Positions 1-13,400 of a stretch of DNA of 64,000 nt are shown one piece after another. A program made the translations under genes and the position numbers. Position 1 is the first letter of the stretch; each line of letters starts with the position of its first letter. Source of the DNA: Isurus oxyrinchus (lineage: Eukaryota); NCBI GenBank assembly GCA_026770705.1, contig JANJGN010000010.1:39928001-39992000 (forward strand), written 5' to 3'. The notes beneath the pieces were generated by a model. It did not search any database. It saw only the letters and a list, made by a program, of their open reading frames with translations, and was not told the origin of the DNA.

Positions 1-149
1 CTCGCTTTTAATCTGCTTTCTGCAGCTTTTGTCACTTTGAATCTGAAGCTTGGGACCTTTCTCTCTGCCTCTCACTCTTAACTTCACTTAAGAGGACCTT
101 TTCCAGGTTCTTGTCCTTCCTTTTGACTAAAATGTCTGATTAGGACTTT

Positions 150-951
150 CACAGAATCACACAGAGCAGAAAAAGCCTTTTAGCCCATCAAGTCTGCATC
201 GATACGTGAGAAACACCTGACCTACCTACCTAATCCCATTTACCAGCACTTGGCCCATAGCTTTGAATGTTATGACGTGCCAAGTGCTCATCCAGATACT
301 TTTTAAAGGATGTGAGGCAACCCGACTCCACCACCCTCCCAGGCAGTGCATTCCAGACTGTCACCACCCTATGGGTAAAAAAGATTTTCCTCACATCCCC
401 CATAAACCTCCTGCCCCTCACCTTGAACTTATGTCCCCTCGTGACTGACCCTTCAACTAAGGGGAACAGCTGCTCCGTATCCAGCTGTCAATGCCCCTTA
501 TAATCTTGTACACCTCGATCAGGTCGCCCGTCAGTCTTCCCTGCTCCGATGAAAACAACCCAAGTCTATCCAACATCTCTTCATAACTTAACTGTTGCAT
601 TCCAGGCAATGTCCTGGTGAGTCACCTCTGCACCTCCTACAGTGCAATCACTTCCTATAATGTGGTGACTAGAACTGCACACAGTACTCCAGCTGTGGCC
701 TCACCAAGGTTCTATACCACTCCAACATGACCTCTCTACTTTTGTAATCTATGTCTCGATTGACAAAGGCAAGTGTCCCATATGCCTTTCTCACCACCCC
801 ACTAACATGCCCCTCCGCCTGCAGAGATCTACGGACACACACGCCATGCTCCCTTTGTTCCTCAGAACTTCCTAGTGTCATGCCGTTCATTGAATACTTC
901 CTTGTCAAATTACTCCTTCCAAAGTGTATCACCTCACATGTTTCAGGGTTA
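150..951 (-). mobile_element. CR1 LINE 3' fragment (duplicate of 14021-14822)
   Basis: ORFs 669-932 and 230-421. Confidence 0.9.
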
Positions 952-2435
952 ATGTCCCCTGTTTCACTCCCCTGGATTTTGGTGACTTTTCTTTAGCTTT
1001 AGACTTGCTATCTGTCCTTTTTCTTCCAGTCTCTCTCTGGGAGCTACTTTCAACCAATCTTAGCTTGAGACTGGATACCTGTCCCTTTTTGGTGGCTTCT
1101 CTTTGGCAGCTGTATTCAAAACCAGTTCAACTCCAACCGCTTCCAAAACAAACTTATTTTTTCCTTCTTCTGTGTGTGTCTGTGGGTGGGGTCTGCCTCT
1201 CTGGACCCCTGTTGCTTGGCAATGGAATTTTTTTTCTACTTCTGCTTTTTTAATTTTTAATTTAGCTTACAGTCATAAAATTCTCTTCAGAAATGCAAGC
1301 ACATTTTCAAGTGGAGCTAAAACCCAATTTGAATTTTCTTAACACACCCATATGGAAATGCAAATCAAATAAACTTTAAAGCTAAAACTCATTCCTAATA
1401 CCCAAAAAATACAAATATAACTTACTTAAACTAACTCTAATTCCTAACACTTGCTTGGGCTACTTGATGCCATACTTGGTCAAATGCCGCCTTGCTGTCA
1501 AGGGCAGTCACTTTCACCTCACCTCTGGAGTTCAGCTCTTATGTCCATGTTTGAACCAAGGTTGTAATGAGGTCAGGAGTTGAGTGATCCTGACAAAACC
1601 CAAACTGAGCATCAAGTCCACTTGATTGCACTATTGATGAACCCTTCCATCACTTTGTGATGATTAAGAGCAGACTAATGGTGTGGTAATTGACTGGATT
1701 GGTTTTGTTCTGCTTTGTGTACAGGACATACCTAGGAAATTTTCCACATTGCTGTGTAAATGCCAGTGTTGTAACTGTACTGGAGTAGCTGGGCTAGTGG
1801 GCAGCAAATTCTGGAGCACAAGTCTTCAGTACTATTGCTGGAATATTGTCAGCTTTTGCAGTATCCAGTGCCTTCAGCCATTTCTTGATATCACGTGGAG
1901 TGAATCGAATTGGCTGAAGACTGGCATCTGTGATGCTGGGGGCCTCCGGAGGAGTCCGAGATGGATCATCCACTTAGCACTCCTGGCTGAAGATTGTTGT
2001 AAACGCTTCCACCTTATCTTTTGCACTGATGTGCTGGGCTCCTCCATCAGTGAGGATGGGGATATTTGTGGAGCTATTGTTTAATTGCCCACCAACTGGA
2101 CTGGATGTGGCAGGACTGCAGAGCTCAGATCTGATCTGTTGGCTACGGGATTGCTTAATTGTGTCTATTGCATGCTACTTATGTTGTTTGGCATGCAAGC
2201 AGTCCTGTGTTGTAGCTTCACCAGATTAAAACCTCATTTTTAGGTAAGACTGGTGTTGCTCCTGGCATGCCCAATGCAGCTCCTGACAAGCCCTCCTGCA
2301 TTCTTCATTGAACCAGGGTTGATTCCCTGACTTGGTGCTAATGGTAGAGTGGGAGATATGCCAGGCCACGAGGTTACAGACTGTGGTTGAGTACAATTCT
2401 GCTGCTGCTGAAGGCTCACAGCGCCTCATGAATGC

Positions 2436-4136
2436 CCTGCGGGAACAGGGCCTTTGACCTTTTTCCAGATGCCCTTTCTCTCAAGGAGTTGGTTAGGGGC
2501 TGTCAGGTACAAAACAGGGGAGCAGCCTCAGTTGGACACCCAGGGCCATCCACTCAAGGTGATGCAAGGGTGTCCAGCCATTCCAAATCCCCTCGGCCAG
2601 AGACCCCATCAACTCCAATTGGTCAGACAGAGTAGGTCGACCTGCCCCCCAGCTGGTCACCTTTAGCAGGACAGGGCACTTCAGGCCTCAGCGCTCCAGA
2701 GGACACCAACTAAAGTCATCCCAGACAATAGGGCATAGCTATCAGCAGGCTGCCTGCACTTCTGATGCACAGGCATCTCCATTCACCCAGGAGAATAGAG
2801 GTTTGCAGCTGCGAGTTGACTGCCAATCACCAGCATGCACTTTGTAGGCATCCCCTTCCTTCTCTCCCATCATCACTAGCTCTGACTGCAGCCGATGGAA
2901 AATGGCTGAGTGTGAATAGCAGCTCTGCAGCTTTCTGCGATCTCGATGTTATGAGAGCCCTCTGGGTCAGACAGGCTGCTGTGTGGGCCTCACCAGATAC
3001 TGAGGATTTCAAATGACCATAGCTCTCACAGTTTTTCCATGATTTTTAGGGTGTTCCTTTCATTGTCCAGTTGTGCTGACCTTGACCTCCATCCACCTGA
3101 GAAGAGCCTCTTCCCACCTGAATGTTTTGCAATTGGACATCGAGGGCATTGTCTTGCTATTGAGCTGCCTTTCTGTAGTAATGGTTCAGGTTACTTTTCA
3201 TACCCACTCAACCACCTTTTACCCTCCCCCTGTCATTCACCAACTTCCCCCCCACCCCAGCACCATCGACCCCCCTAATGTGACTTTCACTCTCCCCTCT
3301 GTAACCCTTCAACCTCCCCATTACACTGTACCTATCATTATCAATCTTCACCTGCCTTCCCTCCCTGCAAAGACTACACCCGTTACTGCACCCATGCCCA
3401 CTTGCCCACTCCCCTTTTTGGTGCCAACTTTGTTGTCCCCTTCAATGACCCTCCTGATGAGCATTACACCCACCAAACACACACCCTGACGCTCCCACCC
3501 ATCCCTTCTTGCCATCAGCGCCCTCAGTTCTACCCCCAGTACTTTGTCATCGACACTGCTGACCACACCCTATAACACACTGTTCCACACTCCCTGCTCA
3601 CTCCATCTACTTTGTAGCCTTCCACTGCCCCTCCTGCAGACTGACAACACCTTCATCTCTTCCAATCCCGCTTCATGCCCCCAACATCCCCTTCCCGTGC
3701 CTTCCACACCTTCTTTCCATGTGTACCATCTGTGATGGTGGCTCCCGTCACCCACGAGAAGACTGATCCTCCTCAATGGGGAAGGCAGCATCGTGTGCCT
3801 GCTAAGTCCTGGAAGTCACCCTCGCTCTGCACTTGCCACATTAGTTCATTCGTGAAACAGAACAGTATAAATTCCCGCTAACAGTGTGGTGGATTTGATG
3901 GGGGTGCAAGATCCTATTCATTTGGTCTGGTAATTTGCATTCTGGAGATGCAAAATGGGTTCCTGACGTTCACCAGCGGGAAAGTCGACCCACCATTTAC
4001 CTGCCACGAAAGGTCGGGTGAACAAGATTCCAACCTGATCTCCCGATATCAGAAAACTGATCTTTGGACTCTCGTCACATCTCCTGCTTCCACCCACTAC
4101 GATTCTCCCCGGTGGTGGGAGGGGACGATTTCGTCC
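2436..4136. mobile_element. Decayed Harbinger-like element fragment (copies at 16307-18007 and 24404-25670)
   Basis: GC-rich composition and layout like the other Harbinger-type copies. Degenerate right TIR gatttcgtcc. Intron homology resumes at 4137. Confidence 0.45.
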
Positions 4137-4347
4137 AATGACTTTCTCCAGTACACCTGAAATATTGACACCTTCCAACAGTGTGTTCTAATCCAACTTT
4201 CCAATGATTTTATAATCCAGAGTTAAAGTTTCAAAAGTTGCTCTCCCATTGAAATCCATCCTGAGACTATCTGTATGCTTATTGTAACAGACTATCTGAC
4301 TGAGTGCACAATAAGGATAGAAATTATATACTTGGCATGGTGTTTAC

Positions 4348-4425
4348 CTCTTTCAGAGGGAGCAGTCTTGTTTTCAGGAAGTATTCTTTCAGTATCACCT
4401 TCATTTTCTTTTGGTTTTTGTTGCC
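4348..4425 (-). CDS. Cytoplasmic spacer exon S5 (same peptide as S3/S4)
   Basis: 78-nt duplicate, offset 13871 from S4. Confidence 0.55.
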
Positions 4426-7400
4426 CTTAAATAACAACAAGGTCAATATATATTATCCAGCAGACAAATTGATCTGAATCAATACCATTTGAACCTCAAT
4501 CTGGCATTATCACAAATAGATCATTCTAACTCTTGTTCAAGTTACTTCTACTAGGAATTTTTGAAAGCTGACAAGAGCACTTATATTCCAACTTTCTCTC
4601 TTGCATTCTGGTTAAAACACAAATTATGAACCGATCTGATAGCAATATGTTTTGAACAATTAGGATTGTTTGGTTTTCATTTGCTGCTGACTCACTTTCT
4701 CAAACTACTTGTGCGCTGTGCTCAAATTGTGTTCTCTTTGTTCCTAACTTTTTTATTAATAAGCTGCTGGACCACTGTTCCAGCCACTTTAAAGGATGAT
4801 TTGACATTACACATTTGGTGCCAGCTTTGTAAGTAATGCTGGTTTTTGCTCCAGTAGAATTAATGAACTGAAAGTTCATTTGGAGATCAAAACTATGGGA
4901 ATCATAAACTTTATTGTGTAGATACATACAAAGTGCTCTGCTTTAATGTTTACTGGGTTATTGGGTTGAGTAGATCAGGATGGCCAGATAGTTCTTAATT
5001 ATAAGATAAGAAATCCAGAAGTAATTTGATACTCAGTAGCCTATAATGTAATGCTGAATGGGGTGTGTCACGCTCACGCGGTACAAACCTATTAATTGTA
5101 AATATGAACTTATGGGGCAGAATTTTAACCTGGGCATGCGAGGTCAGTGTGGGCGGTCGGGAATCCAAATGCCACCTGAGATTGGCAGCGCTCTGTGAAT
5201 AAGGCCAGCCTAGTGTGATCCACAGCCTGGAATGTGTGCGAAGGAGCAGCTGGGGGGCGGGGCCATGATGTCCACCTTGTCCAATGGCGACCCGGCGGCG
5301 GATTCTAATGTGGCCTCGGCAGACCCTGGAAGGCTGCCACCAAGGGACACGGAAATGTTGCCAATGGAGACCATAGTGGGTGCACACGGCAGGAAGAAAG
5401 GCAGCAAAGTTGGGCAGTCGGCCCCGTGTTTTTCGGAAGTGGCAGGGAGGGGAGAAATCCTTGTCCCCAGGGACAGGAGGAGGATGCCCCCTCACCTCAC
5501 CAAAATGACCTTAGAGGTGTTGAAATTGAGGGTCAGCAACCACGACGCGGTGAGATGCACATGGGTCCAGTGGTGTAAGTGCTTCAACGATCTGCTGCGA
5601 TTGGAAAGGGTGAGTCCCATGTTGGCATGGGTCACTTTACAGAAGAGTTAAGGGCTGGCCACCCGCCCGCCCTTGTGTACCTCAGAGGTGTTTGAGTGTG
5701 AGTGGCAAAGGTCAATGAGGCAGGATCTGGCCAGGAGGGTGAGCCCTGGCTGCTTGGGCTGAGTGCCATGTGGCCCCAGGGTCAGGAATTGGCTTAGGCA
5801 TGCAAGGTGTTCCTCAGGTGGGATTAGACAGGCAGCAATGATCCTGCAGGTAGAGAGTGGACTAATCAATGCTCCTCTGCCCTTTCAGGAGAAAACATCC
5901 CATAACAATGCAGAGAGGTCGCAGACTGGAGGGGGACCCTCACACCTCATCATCCTCTCGCATTACAAGCAGGAGGCCCTGAAGCTGGGGAGGCACCATG
6001 CACCTCGATCAAGCAGCCGTGGTGAGGTTGGGCTGCCAGAGGGAGGTAAGAGTGCAGTGCACTGAGGTCAGAATATCAGTAATTGATACCATCCCAGAGT
6101 AATCTCTATATTGATGCGAGCCTGGAACCTGGAATCCCCACTGATAATCGAAAGACAAGGGCACCATGATGCAAATCTCTGTTGCACCAGGTGCCAGGCA
6201 TGAACAGTGACAGTTTCATGACTTAAACTAAGGACATGTCCTTCTTCCCCCTTTTAGGCTCACCAGCAGTTCTTTAGGAATAGCCTGAAGGCCAACCTCT
6301 GACCCCTGAGGACCACAATGCTGAGCACACACCAGCGTCACATCCACTCTGCCAAGCAAGTATCAGCACAGATACCAGCACCTCGGTGGGCATAACATTG
6401 CTGGGTACTCTATCAGTGCACATTGGTGAGAGCACTTCACACTCACTTGAGGTGCAGGCGGAGGCAAGAGTCCCCAGAGCGTCGGCTGTCGGAGAACTGC
6501 TGGGGACCAGGACAATGCTCAGTCAATGGCTGATGATGGGCTTCTGGAGTCGTCCATGAGGCAGCAGATTCTGGATATCCAGCAGAGTGTGTGGGAGGAT
6601 CTGGTGGAGATACATGAGGGAATGCGTGCCTTGGTGTCCATTGTGGAGGAGTCCATGCAGAGCATAAACACTGTGTTTGGCTCTCATGTCCAGAAGCAAT
6701 GCCTCCTTCATGGAGAGGAAGGTGATTCCCATGGAAAGGCTCCTCCATGGGACTTAATCAGGGGTTCCTAGGAATGTGCTCAGACCTGCAAGCCCTCACA
6801 CCGGCAATGACCTCAGCTGGTCAGTGTCAGTGTGGGAGATGGATTGGGCACCCAGTCTACCTGCTAGGTGCCCGTTCATCAATGAGCAGGGAGGTCCAAA
6901 GCGTTGGCACACGACGTTTGCAGACAAGCTGCCTGTTATCTCTGCGGGCTCCTTTCAGGGCGCTCTGGATGATAGCAGAGGCTCTTCTGCCCCAATGCCA
7001 GTGACATGGTATCTGAAGAGGCTGCAGTGACTGAGGAGTTGCCAGTCATGGCACTGGCCATGCCTTTCCCGGCGAAGCCAGCAAGGCTCCACGATCAGAG
7101 GACGCTCGCCAAGGCCATCAAGGCCAACAGGACAGCAGAGTGAGCAGGCTGTCTCCAATGCCGGTGCCAGCGAGGGGGAAGCACCTAGACGGAGCACTTG
7201 CAAGCGAAATCTTAAAGGACATGAAGCACAACACAGCCTGATCACCGGTGATATTTGGTTCTCCCATTTTTCTTCATTTTTAATGGTGTGATGAAAACAC
7301 TGGTTCATGTTCATTTCTGCTATTTTTAACCTTCACAAGTAAATGAGATGTTATTTTGTGCAACTGGCCTCTGTATGCTTCATTTGGATACATCAGGACA

Positions 7401-10400
7401 CAGTGTAATGGAGCAGGGAATGTAGAAACCGTCAGATGTATGTTGTAATTCTGGCACCTCAGCACTTAAGGAATTCTCTTTCTTGCTTAAATCTAATGCA
7501 TTTTTGAGGGGACGAGTTACTCTTTGGTCCTGATAACTGCTCTGCTGAAATTTCCCAGTGAAATAAATTCTTTGCTTCCTGCTCCCCTTTCCTCTTCACA
7601 GATGTAACAATGTGCACCACTTCTGGACTGAACACAGTAACTTCCCAACTCAGATTGGTTTCCTCACCATCTATGATTTCACGAGGTTTCTTGATATCAC
7701 TAATTGAAGGTGGAGCTGGAAAACAAAAGATATTATTGAGATATAAACTCTTATGTTCCAACTTCTTCTATTTATTCTTATTTAGACACAAATTAGGAAC
7801 TGAACAAACAGGAATGTTTATTGAACAATTAGACGGACAATTAATAGGTTCTCAGTTGCAGATGTCCCACTTTCTCTAAACTACATACAAGTTCTGCGCA
7901 AACTGAGGTCCCTTCATCATACTGGGCTATTAACGAGCTAATGAACCACTGTTTGAGCCTCTTCGAGTGAATGACTTGTTGTTACTCAACTTGTGGCAGC
8001 TCTGTAAGTAAAGTTAGTTTCAGCCAGCAGGATTAGTGAACTGCAAGTTCTAGTGTACAGCCACCCTATGGGAATCGTGAACTTATTTTGGAGATGGACA
8101 GGTGGATTCAATTATTGCAGTCCATGTTGGGACCAACAACATGGTAAAGAGAAGGAAAGAGATCCTATTCGGAAACTATCAAGATCTAAGAGTTAATCAA
8201 AGGACAGCATCTCAAAAGTTATAATCTCTGGATTATTTCCCAAGCCACATACAAAACGGCATTGGGATAAATTAATTAGGGAGATGAACACATCATTGAA
8301 TGGGTGGTGTGGGAAAGAGGGCTTCTTGAAGGACCTCCCGAGTCACTTCAGAGCATGAGCCAGTTTCTTGATCATATGTTCCAGGAGGTGACCACCTCAT
8401 AGGCAGAAAGAGTTCAGGATAGTAGATGGGTGATCATCCAGAAGAGTTGGAAGAGAGAGGAAGTGCAGGCCTCTTCAGACTATGTGCCACTCTGAAACCG
8501 GTACTCATTATTGGAGACTGCTGGGTGCCAACACCCTGAAAGAGTGCACTCCAGATCATGGCACCAATGGGCAAAGGATTGCATGGGGGAAACAGCAAAA
8601 TTTAGCAATGCAGTATAGGAGATTAAATAGTTAGGCAGGCAGATAGCATTTCTGTTACCCTCATCTCGAGTTCCACATAGTATGGGTATTGGAACTAGAT
8701 CTCAACAAGACTGGGGGAGGATGTGAGAGAGGAGCAGTGGGGAGCGTTGTGCACCAGAATTTCGAAGTAGAAAAGTGGAATAAAGGAGTGACAGTGTTGG
8801 ATAGTACTGGAAAAGGAAATAGGAGCATATTAGATAGGAACAAGCTAAGAAGGACTATGAGGAACACAAAGATAGCTTGACAGGGCATGCATATAAAGAC
8901 ACAAAGTATGGTGAAGAAGCTTTGTGAGCCACAAGCAAAATATCCGTGTGAGAACTTGATGTAGTGGCAACAATGGAAGCGTGACTTTAAAAAAATGAAA
9001 ACTGGGGACTTAATATTCACAGATCCAAAGTGGTCGGAAGAGATAGGGAAGGAATAAAGGAAGTCAGGTGGTATAACTGATTAGGAAGAGATTGCAGTGT
9101 TGGAAAGAAAGATTGTCCTTGAGGGGGTAAGCACTGAATCTACTTGATTGGAGTTGAGAAGGAAAAAGTGTATGGCCTCCAAATAGTGAGTGAGAGAGTG
9201 AGATGGAGGGGCAATTCTGGAGGAAAATCTTAGAGCTGTGTTAGAACTGTAGCATTGTTATATTGGGGTACTTTTGTTGAACAAATATTGACTGGGGTAT
9301 TGTTAAGAGTGAAGGGTAAAGAGGGGGAGGACTTTTTGAAACATGTCCAGGAGAATTTCCTTGATTGGTATGTTTTTCGTCCAATTAGAAATGAGGCATT
9401 GCTGGATCTGATGTTGGGGAATGATGTTGGCCAATTAGATCAAACATCTCTGGGGGAGCAATTGTATAAGTGTGATCATTATATCATAAGTAATGAGAAA
9501 GAACAAGGAACAATCTAACACAGAACTTCTGATTTGGAAGAGGGCTAACTTCAATGGGCTGAGAGAGGATTTTGCCAGGGCAAAATGGAACCAAAGTTTG
9601 ACAAAAAAAATGCAACTACAACAGAACAATGGGTGATCTTTAAAGAAGAGATATCAGCTAGATATACTCCAACAAAAAGGTAAGGCAGGAGAACCAAAAC
9701 CTCGGATTCTTGGATGGCAAGAACAATAGATAATATGATGAAACAAAAAAATAGGGTGTATGATGCATATCAGCTGAATTCCTCAAGTGAGAACCGAGTT
9801 AAATATAATAAGCTGAGAAGAGAAATGAAGAGGAAAATAGGATTCGCAAAGAGAGAACATGAGAATAGAATTGCAACTAACATGTACAATGACCCCAAAA
9901 TTTTCTTCTTTAAAGTAACATTGAAAGCAGCACTGGTCAGGAGATAACAATCAGGGTAGATTACTCAAACTAAAATAGAAATTTGTAACAGAGAGGTTTA
10001 AGAGTTGCAGCAATGTTCCCCAGGATGAAGCCAGTAAGACTGTCAGGGGATGAAGTCAATCCACATAAATTGTGGCGCCTTGTTAAGAAATCATTATCTT
10101 TTGCCACAGTTGTGAACAATAACCTCAGGGTGGAGAATAGTAGAAATATAAGGAACAGTGTTTTACTTACTCACTGAACTGATAGTTAGCTTGACTGCGT
10201 GTATCATGGATGTTTTTGTGTCAAAGTGCAAGACTGTCAACAACAATCAGGAATAATTTCTACAGACAGAGAAGCAACGCAATGGGGAATGACACAAATG
10301 GAGAGAAGATGTCAGAATTTCACAAAGCCTGACCTGCAAACACTTTATGGAACATCATGAGTATGATGAAACCTCCATTCATGGATGAATGCTATGAGGA

Positions 10401-13400
10401 ATCAACTACAGTTTCGTTCATGATTCATGCTTAGTTATGACATATATGTAAGCACACAATCAGATTGTTCATCCTACTCTGGGTCTTGGTTTGTTAAGGA
10501 TTCTAGGGGTGGCTGCAGGATTCAGGATTTAATTTGTTCCTTTCTGTCTCAGGTTTGTGGCATCTAAGTTGCTAAGCATGCCATTGATAAATATCTGTTT
10601 ATTAATGGCCAATTGAAAGGCGGCACAGCAAATGTAAAATACAAACAGGGAACATTAGCAGAAGCCCCCAAGGATTACATGTAGAAATTAACACCTGTCA
10701 ACTCTATTCTTGTGTTTTTCACACGTTAATTCCTACAAGAAGTCATTGACTTTCTTAAATTGGGACTGACTTCCGTAATAATTATAGTGATTCCTATAGT
10801 ACCAACATAAGAGAACAAATCACTTCTGACCAAATTATTACACTGTTGTTTGATAAATCATATCTATGCAGGATTTGCTAAATTTAAGGGTAATAGTATT
10901 TCAAACTCTCTCTATGTTGATGTCATGATTTCCAGCTGAAGTTTTTCATAATCATATGTCCCATAAGTTTGTGTGATGTACAAAATGTAGAAATTACCTG
11001 CTGTGACCTTCAGTAGTGTGCTTTTAGTACAAGTTTCCTCACTGGTGTCCTGTTTAACTTCAATAATTAACTCAGCATCATCATCCTTGGATACATCAGG
11101 ACACAGTGAAATGGAGCAGGGAATGCGGAAACCGTCAGATGTACTTTGTAATTCTGGCACCTCAGCACTGAAGGAATCATCTTTCTTGCTTAAATCTGAA
11201 AGATTGTTGAGCGGGCCAGTTACTCTCTTTGGTCCTGAGAATTTCTCCGCTGGCATTTCCCAGTGAAATAACTTCCTTGCTTTCTGCTCCCCTTTCCTCT
11301 TCACGGATGTAACAACATTCACCTTTCCTGGACTGAACATGATAACTTCCCAACTCAAATTGGTTTTATCACCAGCTATAATTTCATCCGGTTTCTGAAT
11401 ATCACCAATTGAAGGTGGAGCTAGAAAAAAAAAAGGCATTAATATGATCTCTCCTATGCATTCTTGTTTAGATACAAATTACAAACTGAACTGATAGCAA
11501 CATTAATTGAACAATTAGATGATGATTAATTGGTTCTCATTTGCTGCTGTCTCACTTTTCTAATGAGCATCTGAGTTGTGTTCAAATTGACTTAGTTCCA
11601 AAATAGTTTACTAATGGGCTGATGAACCACTGTTCGAGCATCTTTGTATGGGTGACTTAACATTACTCAGTTGGTGGCAGCTTCATAATTAATGCTGATT
11701 TGAGCCTGGAGGATTTGTGAACTACAGATCAACCCTATGGGAATGATAGGCTTTACTGTGTCAATACACACAAAGTGCTGCTATATTGTTCACATATGGG
11801 CATATGGCCAGACACTGTTTAGTGTGAGATGATAAGAAATCCTGAGGAAATTTGGCGTTCAGTAGCCTATGATGTGATGGTGAGTGGAGTGTATTCACCA
11901 TTGTGACTATTTTGTTTAAGCCTGTCACCAAGAGCTATCTACAGATTCTTCAGTTATCCAGTTGGTTCAATAGGTAGAATTTTTGCTTTTCGGTCTTAGA
12001 TTGTCGAACTAGATTCATTGCATGACTTGAGCATGGAATCCAGGTGAAACCCCTGTGCTTTTATTCATTCATGTGGTATGGGCATCGCTGACTAGGCCAG
12101 AAATTAGTGTTCATCCCTAATTGCTTAAGAAGGTGGGGGTGAGTTGCATTCATGAAGAGCTAGACTCTATCTGATGTAGGTACCACACCCACACTGCTGT
12201 TAGGGAGAGAGTTCCAGGACTTTTGACCCAGCGACAGTGAAGGAACGGTGATGTATTTCCAGCTAGGGATGGTGTGTGACTTGGAGGGGAACTTCCAGGG
12301 TGTGGTGTTCCCATCTGTCTGCTGCCCTTGTCCTTCTAGTTTGAATGGTTGTGGGTTTTGATGATGCTGCCTAAGGAATGCTGGTGAATATCTGCAATGC
12401 AACTTGTAGTTGGTACACACTGCTGCCACTGTGCATCGGTGATGGAGGGACTGAATCTTTGGGATGGGGTACCAATCAAGTGGGTTGCTTTGTGCTGGAT
12501 GTTGTTGGAACTGCACTCATCCAGGCAAGTGGAGAGTATTCCATCACAGTCCTGACTTGTGCCAGGCTTTGGGAGTCAGCAGGTGAGTTATTTGCCGCAG
12601 GATTCCTAGCATCTGACATGCTCTTGTAGCCACAATGCCTATATGGCTAGTCCAGTTCAATTTCTGCTCAATGGTAATCGCCAGGATGTTGAAAGTGGGA
12701 GTTCAGCGATTGTAATGCCATTGAATGTTAAGGGGCAATGGTTAGATTCTCTCTTGTTGGAGATGTTCATTGCCTGTCACTTGTACGTGGTATGCCTGAC
12801 ACAAATGTTACTTGCCACTTGTCAGCCAAAACCTGGATATTGTCCAAGCCTTGCTACATTTGGACATTGACTGCTTCAGGATCTGAGGAGTTGCAAATAG
12901 TGCTGAATATTGTGCAATCATCAGCGAACAATCCCAATTCTGACCTTATGATGGAAGGAAGTTCATTGATGAAATAGCTAAATATGGTTGGGAAACCTTT
13001 TCCATGGCCATAGCACTACCCTGAGGAACCCCTGCAGTGATGTCCTGGAGCTGAAATGATTGGCCTCCAACAATCACAACCATCTTCCTTGGTGTGAGGT
13101 ATGACTAGAAACCAGTGGAGGGCTTTCCCCCTAATTTCCATTGACTCCAGTTTTGTGTTATGGTCCCAGCTGAGTTTACCCCTGGACGAGCCTGATGTCA
13201 GGGCGGAACCCAGCTTGATAGATCCTAACTTTTATTTGTTTGTATAGATATGTGGAGAGTAGCTACTGAACACAGTCACAGGAGTCAGCTGATGAACTTT
13301 TAACAAAAGAATAAAATGCTTATTCAACAAGAACGGATGAACTAGATTACAATACTCCTTCACCCACAGCTATATACAGATTTGTAAAGATAAGACAAGT

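Noticed and set aside
3039-3881. Pro/Thr-rich ORFs as a mucin-like protein
   Set aside because: C-rich low-complexity interior of a transposon, with overlapping ORFs in several frames and no splice support.
5232-7230. Host MSANTD/Myb gene
   Set aside because: It lies inside TIR-bounded repeats and is frameshifted differently in each copy, so it is a transposon remnant.
10912-10997. Tyrosine-rich C-terminus (FYILYITQTYGTYDYEKL) as a signalling motif
   Set aside because: It lies past a good CAG|GTAAT donor, and the paralogous read-through at 39196-39269 shifts frame, so it is probably intronic. It is not a proper ITAM or ITIM.
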